From positions 1 to 34,377 of the forward strand of contig CAMPAA010000002.1 of the NCBI GenBank assembly GCA_946631345.1: DNA of 34,377 nucleotides, in the 5' to 3' direction. This DNA comes from an uncultured Verrucomicrobiota bacterium. Its GTDB lineage: Bacteria; Verrucomicrobiota; Kiritimatiellia; RFP12; UBA1067. A model generated the notes under the pieces. The model saw only the letters and a program-made list of their open reading frames with translations. It did not search any database and was not told the DNA's origin. A program made the translations under genes and the position numbers. How positions within the stretch are numbered: the stretch's first letter is position 1; each line of letters begins with the position of its first letter. Below, piece by piece: positions 1 through 6,600 of this stretch.

Positions 1-33
1 GGTGATCATAACCCGCCTGAGGCGGGCAGTGAG

Positions 34-357
34 ATGCCGGGTAGCTTTGAGCTTGATGTTGCCCGGCGTGACGGCACGCTTGGAGACGTGCTGCAGAAGA
101 TCGCCGCCGCCGCGCAGGAGACGAATCGCTGCGAACAGAAGTCCATCGTGCAGCTTGCGATGGATGCCACGGGCACCAGCAATGTCGACGACCGCAAGAC
201 GTTTTCCATGGTAATGCTGCGCAGGAGCCCTGACGACTGCCGGGAGGTGATCTACCGGTTCGACAGTGAACGGCGCGCCGGGGAGTTCGCCCGCATCAGG
301 AGTCTGCCGGCCCTGCTCACGAAACGCCTCTCCGCCCTCCCCACCCGCACCGATTAG
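34..357 (+). CDS. hypothetical protein (107 aa from the first ATG; the frame is open back to position 1, so it could be the 3' end of a longer gene)
   Basis: ORF track 34..357 with GC-rich composition like the neighbouring genes. A 6-bp GC hairpin (CCCGCC-TGA-GGCGGG, 12-26) just upstream favours an independent start. I recognise no motif. Confidence 0.5.
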   Translation: MPGSFELDVARRDGTLGDVLQKIAAAAQETNRCEQKSIVQLAMDATGTSNVDDRKTFSMVMLRRSPDDCREVIYRFDSERRAGEFARIRSLPALLTKRLSALPTRTD

Positions 358-374
358 CCATAGTTGCAGACGGC

Positions 375-444
375 GGGGAAAGGTAGCGTGACCTTTGCCC
401 AAGGGCAGACGGATTTTTGCCCGTGGGCTGACGGTCGTTTGCCC
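375..444. repeat. left copy of a ~70-bp direct repeat (DR-L), with internal TTTGCCC motifs spaced 22 bp apart
   Basis: GGGGAAAGGTAGCGTGACCTTTGCCCAAGGGCAGACGGATTTTTGCCCGTGGGCTGACGGTCGTTTGCCC recurs at 3434-3504 with one extra T. TTTGCCC starts at 394, 416 and 438. Confidence 0.95.
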
Positions 445-499
445 GGCGTCGGCGCGTTGGGGCAACGCGGCCTGCTATTTCGCTCCCGACAGCCATTTA

Positions 500-508
500 T
501 GGTATAAT
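500..508 (+). promoter_or_regulatory. extended -10 promoter element TGGTATAAT
   Basis: Exact TGnTATAAT lies 13 nt upstream of the ATG at 522. The same motif recurs upstream of four other genes in the window. Confidence 0.55.
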
Positions 509-521
509 TCACGGCGCAAGG

Positions 522-2069
522 ATGGTAGAGGGCATGACGAAGAACGAGACGAAGGAAAGGCCGGAGGCGCGGGTGGTGCTTGTCGGCACGTACAAAAAAG
601 GTCAGCTCCAGAAATGGCGCGGCTGGTACAACTACCCGATTTCGGAGAAGGACACGGAGGATGCAGCGGGAGGGCGGTCGTCCCCGGCCGCCGCAGACTA
701 TTCGCGAATCAACGAGCTTTGGCTGTTCCTCGGCACGGCGGCGCAGAAGACGTACAGGGCGGAGTTCGTGGGCGTGAAGACGCGCGAGGAGCTGATCCGC
801 GACTACGGGTATCCGGCGAAAGGCAAGGGGCACGCCGAGAGGTATCTGCTCTTCAAGACCGAGTTCAAGTACCGCCACCTAAACGACAATCCCCTCGACT
901 GCGAGAAGGTGATCGTACGCACCAAGGACTTCGCGCGCTCGCCTAAGGTCGCGAAGCAGCTCCGCGAATATCTCGCCTCGCCTGAACGCAGGGATCCCGA
1001 TCTCGCCAACATGCTACCGAGCATCGTCACCCAGCTCCCGCCCGCGAAACTCTGCGTCTGCGAAGCCGCCGTGCAGTTGACTTTTTGGGACATGCCGGAA
1101 CACAAGGACCTGAAACCATCTGTTCCGTTCCCTCCGCCTGAACATCCCAAGTTCACGTTCATCGACCTGTTCGCAGGTATAGGCGGCATTCGCCTTGGCT
1201 ATCAAGCTTGTGGTGGCAAGTGTGTGTTCTCTTCGGAATGGGACAAGGAAGCCGCAAAGACATACTACAGCAACTTTGGAGAGCAGCCTTGGGGTGACAT
1301 TCAACAGATTGATCCTAAGAATATTCCAGACTTCGATGTGCTACTAGCAGGGTTCCCTTGCCAGCCATTTTCAATCATTGGAGACAAAGAAGGTTTCTTG
1401 CATGAAACGCAAGGAACTCTTTTCTTCAACATTGAAAAAATACTGCTCGCAAAGAAGCCAAAGGCATTCATGTTGGAAAACGTGCGCAACTTAACGGCGC
1501 ATGACGGTGGACGAACATTTAAGATTATTATTTCGCATTTGCGAAACGCTGGGTACGATGTTCATTACAAAGTGCTGAATGCATTAGATTATGGTGTGCC
1601 GCAGAAACGCGAACGAATCATAATCTGTGGCTTTAATAGGCCTGTTGATTTTGAGTTTCCTCCGCCAATTCCAAGGGAGAAGCGCACAACGGTTGCTGAT
1701 ATAATTGATAGTGATGCTGAAAACGACCCGACATTAAGGGTACGTCCGGTCATTCGAGCGAGTAGACTTGAACGATTGAAAGACAAGAATTTCCCGAGAC
1801 CCTATATTTCGCATGAGAATGTTGCTGGTGCCATTACGCCGCATAATTACTCGTGCGCATTGCGAGCAGGGGCATCAGCAAATTACATTCTCATAAATGA
1901 CGAGCGTCGCCCCTCTCCTCGTGAGATGTTGCGAATTCAAGGTTTCCCAGACGAGTTCAAAATTGTGGTTAATTACGGTCAGATAAAGCATCAAACGGGT
2001 AATAGTGTCGCCGTTCCTGTAATACGTGCTGTTGCTGAACGTGTAACAGAAAAACTGAAAGAACTGTAA
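522..2069 (+). CDS. DNA (cytosine-5)-methyltransferase with an uncharacterised ~205-aa N-terminal domain (fusion protein, 515 aa)
   Basis: The C-terminal ~305 aa carry the m5C-MTase motifs: I FIDLFAGIGGIRLG, IV GFPCQPFS, VI/V FMLENVRNL, VIII QKRERIIICGF, IX REMLRIQGFPDEF and X GNSVAVPV. The N-terminal part (aa 1-205) has no motif I recognise. An alternative start is ATG 534. Confidence 0.9.
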   Translation: MVEGMTKNETKERPEARVVLVGTYKKGQLQKWRGWYNYPISEKDTEDAAGGRSSPAAADYSRINELWLFLGTAAQKTYRAEFVGVKTREELIRDYGYPAKGKGHAERYLLFKTEFKYRHLNDNPLDCEKVIVRTKDFARSPKVAKQLREYLASPERRDPDLANMLPSIVTQLPPAKLCVCEAAVQLTFWDMPEHKDLKPSVPFPPPEHPKFTFIDLFAGIGGIRLGYQACGGKCVFSSEWDKEAAKTYYSNFGEQPWGDIQQIDPKNIPDFDVLLAGFPCQPFSIIGDKEGFLHETQGTLFFNIEKILLAKKPKAFMLENVRNLTAHDGGRTFKIIISHLRNAGYDVHYKVLNALDYGVPQKRERIIICGFNRPVDFEFPPPIPREKRTTVADIIDSDAENDPTLRVRPVIRASRLERLKDKNFPRPYISHENVAGAITPHNYSCALRAGASANYILINDERRPSPREMLRIQGFPDEFKIVVNYGQIKHQTGNSVAVPVIRAVAERVTEKLKEL

Positions 2070-2085
2070 TAAGGAGAATCAGAGA

Positions 2086-2829
2086 ATGGACAAAACGTTA
2101 AATCCACGACTCAGAGGGGTAGATAAGTACAAGCCCGACTACTTGCTTGGGCAGTTCCCTGCTGGGTTTGCTATGGAACTTGGCAAGGAACTTATTTACC
2201 TATTGGCCACACGGAATCCACCGACGCTTGAAGGCCCAGACTGGGAGCAGATTTTTGCAAGGTGTGTAGGCGCTCAATGGGCACCATCGAATGTCGGACT
2301 TGATGATGTGCAGTTACATCAGATGGCATGGAGTGCCAAGACAGTAAAGAACAAAAACCCATTTACAGTCAAACACATTCGACTTATCAGTGGACGCAAT
2401 TCACTAGATTATTCTTTTGACGTTGAGAACGTTCATACCGAAGACCCTGACAAGTTGGGCGAAATGATTCTGGGGATTTGGAATGCACGCATCACAGATG
2501 TGCGAAAGAAATTTGCCACAACGCGAACCGTTGTGCTAATCAAAGGAGAGGATCTCTCAACGGTTTCCGTTTTTGAAGAGGAGGCTCTAAAGTTCCTGCC
2601 CGAAGAATATGAATGGGAGTGGAATCAAAAGGGAAATCTTGAGGGCTATCTTAAGGATACTGATGTGAAGAAGTTTACTTGGCAACCACATGGTTCTCAG
2701 TTCACCATAATAACTAAAGTGCCTGAGAATCGTTTGAAGCTGCGCATCAAGCGGCCGCCATTGTTGAATCGGGATGAGGTGTTGAAACAGCTTAAGTTTG
2801 ATCCATCTTGGATTGAAATAGTTGAGTAA
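2086..2829 (+). CDS. putative type II restriction endonuclease partner (247 aa)
   Basis: It starts 16 nt downstream of the MTase stop and has a strong AAGGAG Shine-Dalgarno at 2071-2076. It shares the AT-richer composition of the MTase core. A possible PD-(D/E)XK-like arrangement is GLDDV...WSAKTVK. The family is not recognised, so the function rests on context. Confidence 0.55.
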   Translation: MDKTLNPRLRGVDKYKPDYLLGQFPAGFAMELGKELIYLLATRNPPTLEGPDWEQIFARCVGAQWAPSNVGLDDVQLHQMAWSAKTVKNKNPFTVKHIRLISGRNSLDYSFDVENVHTEDPDKLGEMILGIWNARITDVRKKFATTRTVVLIKGEDLSTVSVFEEEALKFLPEEYEWEWNQKGNLEGYLKDTDVKKFTWQPHGSQFTIITKVPENRLKLRIKRPPLLNRDEVLKQLKFDPSWIEIVE

Positions 2830-2840
2830 TGACAACTTTT

Positions 2841-2867
2841 GAAGTCACAAAACGTGACTTCCATTTT
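2841..2867 (+). terminator. hairpin GAAGTCAC-AAAAC-GTGACTTC followed by CATTTT
   Basis: Perfect 8-bp inverted repeat (2841-2848 and 2854-2861) with a 5-nt loop, 12 nt after the nuclease stop codon, followed by a short T run. Confidence 0.5.
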
Positions 2868-2877
2868 GGGTGACAAA

Positions 2878-3384
2878 ATGACGCCACAAAATATAAGCAA
2901 AGTCCAAACCGCCGCCGATGCCGCCGCGCTGTTTCGGGAAATGCACCTGCAACGAAGTTGTCAGGTTCCCCGACGAGCGAAGGGAGGCGCATTCGCATTA
3001 GCGAATGTCGCAATAGGGTGCGCGTTGGCGAAGGGGCAGAGGGAGGAGCGGTTCTATGTGCTGCCGCTTGACGCGAACGGCGGCGTTCTCGCTGAGCCGA
3101 TCACCGTTTCGGTGGGGCATAGCGACGGCACGGTGGGGGTTGATGCCGGAGCCGTGTTCCGGGCGGCGCTGAAGGCGGGCGCGGAGGAGGTCGTCGTGGC
3201 GCACAACCATCCGGGCGGCGACCTGACGCCAAGCAAGGCCGACTTGCAGACGACGGCGAAGCTGCGCGAAGCCGCAAAGCTGCTCGGCGTGAAGCTGCTC
3301 GACCATCTGATTGTATCGTCGGATGGCAAGGGCGGCGTAAGTTTCGTTTCCCTTGCCGAAATCACCGACGGCTGGACGGAATAG
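2878..3384 (+). CDS. RadC-like JAB/MPN domain protein (168 aa, no N-terminal HhH domain)
   Basis: JAMM-type motif VVVAHNHPGGDLTPSKADLQTT, which is the HxHPxG...S..D pattern of the RadC/JAB family. The start is taken at ATG 2878, downstream of the hairpin; the ORF track allows 2839. Confidence 0.8.
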   Translation: MTPQNISKVQTAADAAALFREMHLQRSCQVPRRAKGGAFALANVAIGCALAKGQREERFYVLPLDANGGVLAEPITVSVGHSDGTVGVDAGAVFRAALKAGAEEVVVAHNHPGGDLTPSKADLQTTAKLREAAKLLGVKLLDHLIVSSDGKGGVSFVSLAEITDGWTE

Positions 3385-3401
3385 TCCATCGCAAGGGTCA
3401 G

Positions 3402-3504
3402 GTGACCTTTGGGGAAATGTAGCGTGACCTTTGGGGGAAAGGTAGCGTGACCTTTTGCCCAAGGGCAGACGGATTTTTGCCCGTGGGCTGACGGTCGTTT
3501 GCCC
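3402..3504. repeat. array of five ~22-bp phased units that contains the right copy of the direct repeat (DR-R, 3434-3504)
   Basis: GTGACCTTT starts at 3402, 3424 and 3447. TTTG(G/C)(G/C)(G/C) starts at 3408, 3430, 3454, 3476 and 3498, giving spacings of 22, 24, 22 and 22. Positions 3434-3504 match 375-444 apart from one inserted T. Confidence 0.9.
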
Positions 3505-3546
3505 ATGCCCGTTGCGGCCTTCTGCGCGGCCTTTCGCGGAAAGGGG

Positions 3547-3574
3547 TTGAAAAAAAAAATGAATATGATATCAT
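3547..3574 (+). promoter_or_regulatory. sigma-70-like promoter TTGAAA-N16-TGaTATCAT with an A10 tract in the spacer
   Basis: TTGAAA at 3547-3552, A10 at 3550-3559, and TATCAT at 3569-3574 preceded by TG at 3566-3567. It is closely similar to 28632-28660, upstream of the LamG gene. Confidence 0.5.
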
Positions 3575-3615
3575 TCGTGGTGTTTTTTAATTTTTTAAGG
3601 GGGAGAAGGTTTCCT

Positions 3616-6600
3616 GTGAAATACGGTTCTTTTCGCGCAATGGCTGCCAGCGTGTGCGTTGGCTGCATGATGACCGGTTCGCTGTTTGCCGACAGCCGCC
3701 ATTCGTATGACGAGACGGTGTCCATCGCCGACAACATTGTGTTCGGGGAGGGAACGGAGATAGATGTCGCCCCTGACGCCACTGTAACAATGCTCGGCAC
3801 CATGACGATTGACGGAGACGCCGGCGACATCGCCAAGACAGGCGACGGCACGTTCATCCTGGCCACGGCACCGGTCAACGGCACGGCGAATGGCGGGGAG
3901 GCGGCGAGCCTTTCGGTGCAGAACGGTGTGTTCGCCGCATCGACCGGCTCCGGGGTCGTGAGCACGTTCGGCGGCGGCGTGGAAGTGGGCATGATGGGGG
4001 AGCTTGAAGTCCGCAACGGGACGATGAACGCCGGCGGCCTCACGCTCGGCGGCGGCATTGTGGATGTGACCGGCGGCAGCCTAACCGCGGCATCGGCAAC
4101 CGGCGCCGCGACCATAGGGGTATCCGGCGGCGCAACACTTGCCGTCACCGGCACGTTCTCCGCCACGAGCGTCGGCACGGAGAAGGACGGCACCCGCATA
4201 GACGTGAAGGACGGCGGCGTGTTCGCGGTAAAGAACCTCACCGCCGCCTCGGACGCGGAGATCGCGCTGCACGTGGATGGCGGCACGTTCAGGTCGCTGC
4301 AACGCGTTTATAATGACGCTGTCTCCGGCAGATCGGTCTATGTCGGCGAGAAGGGAATGACCATCGATCTGACGGATTCCTATGCGTGGGGCCCGCAATG
4401 GAAAATGAACATCGCCCCCGAGCCAGGAGTGGCCGATGGCGGAATCGACATAGTGAGCACCGCCGACACATCGCCTACCTCGCCGCTGCGCGTCAGGTTC
4501 ATGTCCGATTGCGCTATGACGGTCACAGGCGGCGTGCGGATCGAAAACGTCGAGGCGATGCTGCTCGGTTCGAGCTTCCCCGTTTCGTTCACGGTCGGCG
4601 ACAACGCCAGCGTGCGTGTGGCGGTCGCGCCCGAGGTGACAGTGGACGAGTTGGCGTACGCGGGCCGCGACGGCTATCTCGTGATCGGCGTGAACGCGTC
4701 CAACGAGGCGTCAATGCTTGTCGCCAAGAAGTTCACCGCGCCAAGCGGATGTCTGCGTGTCCGGTTCTTCGGGTCGGACACGACCACCGCAAAATACCCG
4801 ACCGGCACGGCGGACATCCTGAAGATACCGGCTTCGGCGCAGCTTCCGCTGGCCAGGCTGCTGTTCGCGCAGAACAAGGGCGGCTACGAGGTGAGGTTCT
4901 CGGAGCGCGTGGAAGGAAGCTGGCGCATATTCTCGGTGCAGATGGAGGAATATGACGGCACTGCGCTCAATCCGCACACGACGGGCGACTGGATGACTGG
5001 CACGACTCCGTGGCTGCTGGGCAACACCCTCTATCCGTATGCGGGCGACGACCGCACCGTGGCGGCGACGATGCTGCTGAACCCGAAGTCCGCCCGCCGC
5101 AACTCGATGATATCCATCCCGGAGGGAACGGCCCTTGCGCTTGCCGGCGGCGCACAGCAGATGCAGGGCGGCTTCGTGAAGTTCGGCGACGGCACGCTCA
5201 CCTTCGGCGGCGACAGCGCCTATGCGTTCTGCCACAGCTTCACCAAGGATGTTCCGATCGTGAAAGGCATCACCCAGGCGTATCTGGCGGTCACCAACGA
5301 TTCAGGCACAAGCTCGCGGACGCACCAGTCGTCGCTGACTGTCGCGGCAGGCACGCTCAAGATAGGCTCCGGGCAGGACAGCCCGGTGGTTACGGTCGAT
5401 CTCGGCGAGCTCAACGTGGGCTCCGCCACGACTTCCGCCGCCGGCACCGAACGCGACGCGGCGATGGTGATGGAGAGCGGCACGCTGAGCGTGCAGACCG
5501 ACCCTCTCATCGTGGGCCGCACGCACGGCATCACGGCCACCCAGTCGCACACGCCGCTCGTGTCGTCCTTCACGCAGAATGGCGGCGTTGTGACGGTGGA
5601 GAGCGCAGGCGTGGCGATAGACGAGACGGAGATGTCCTCGATGGACGCCCGGCTTGTCGTGAACGGCGGGGCGTTCGAATGCCGCCGCGAACTGAGGCTC
5701 GGCATGACCGGCAATGACGCCGCCTCCCCGTCAACCGCAACGCTGGAGGTGAACGGCGGCACCCTTGACATCGGAGCGAAGGCCGCGGCGCGCGGAGTGG
5801 AAGGGCGGCTTCTCGCCGGCACAGACTCGTCGGAGAACCTCTCGACGGTGTTCACCGTGAACGGCGGCACCGTGACGCTCCACGCGGGCGCGCTCTTCGC
5901 CGCCAGCGGCAGCCACACAGTAAACCTCAACGAGGGAGGCACCGTCGCGCTCATGTCCGGCAGCTTCACGGCGAGCAGCGGCGCGGCGGCCTCCACGATC
6001 AACTGGAACGGTGGCGTGATGAAGTTCTGCGGAGCCAATACTTTCACCGGCTTCAAGACTGTGAACATCGGCGCGAAGGACGCGATCCTCGACCTCTCGG
6101 AGGCGGATACCGCAACCTGGTTCAACCAGGCGCTCTCGGGCGAGGGGCGGCTCGTGGTGCGCGGCAGCGGCTACCAGCGCGGCGTGCAGCTGTACGGCAG
6201 CTTCTCGGGCTGTGCGGGGCTTGTCGTCGCCGACGGCGGCAATGTGATGGTTCGTGTCAACCCGGCGGCGGGATTCCCCGTGCTGGTCAAGGACGGCGGC
6301 ACGCTAACGGCCTACTACAACCGCACATATCCGCTGCTCACTTTCGGCGAGACCGATGCGGACACGACGTCGTTCCTCGGCTATTACATCGGCGGCACGT
6401 TCTACGGCTCCACCGTTTCCGGCACTCTTGCGGTCAACGGCACGGTGAATGTAGGCGGGCGCGATGCGAGCAACGGAATGCTGGTGCTGCCGCAGGGGGA
6501 GCATACAATACTCACTGCGCCGACAGGGCAGATCGATGCCGGGAAGTTCAGGATACATCCCGAGCTTCTGGCGCGAGGCGCTGTTGCGACGCTGTCGGTG

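Larger units (their letters stand above)
375..3504 (+). mobile_element. direct-repeat-bracketed 3.06-kb cassette (methyltransferase, nuclease, RadC-like); possibly an inserted or excisable module
   Basis: Near-identical 70/71-bp direct repeats lie at both borders. The cassette has its own promoter, foreign base composition in its core and typical accessory-gene content. No integrase or transposase is visible in the window. Confidence 0.4.

Noticed and set aside
3559-3615. ATG 3559 (MNMISFVVFF...) as the start of the giant protein
   Set aside because: This ATG sits inside the conserved promoter module shared with 28632-28665 (TGAAAAAAAAAATG). The encoded N-terminus is not signal-peptide-like. 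GTG 3616 has a good SD and yields a plausible signal peptide. I cannot fully exclude it.
3054-4286. 410-aa minus-strand ORF; similar long antisense ORFs at 5220-6125, 6994-8073, 10221-11537, 12881-14125, 15037-16113, 17667-18581, 27104-28153 and 27295-28470
   Set aside because: All overlap well-supported + strand genes. This one also runs through the direct repeat and the RadC-like gene. They have Pro/Ser/Ala/Arg-rich low-complexity translations and are best explained by the scarcity of stop codons in GC-rich sequence.
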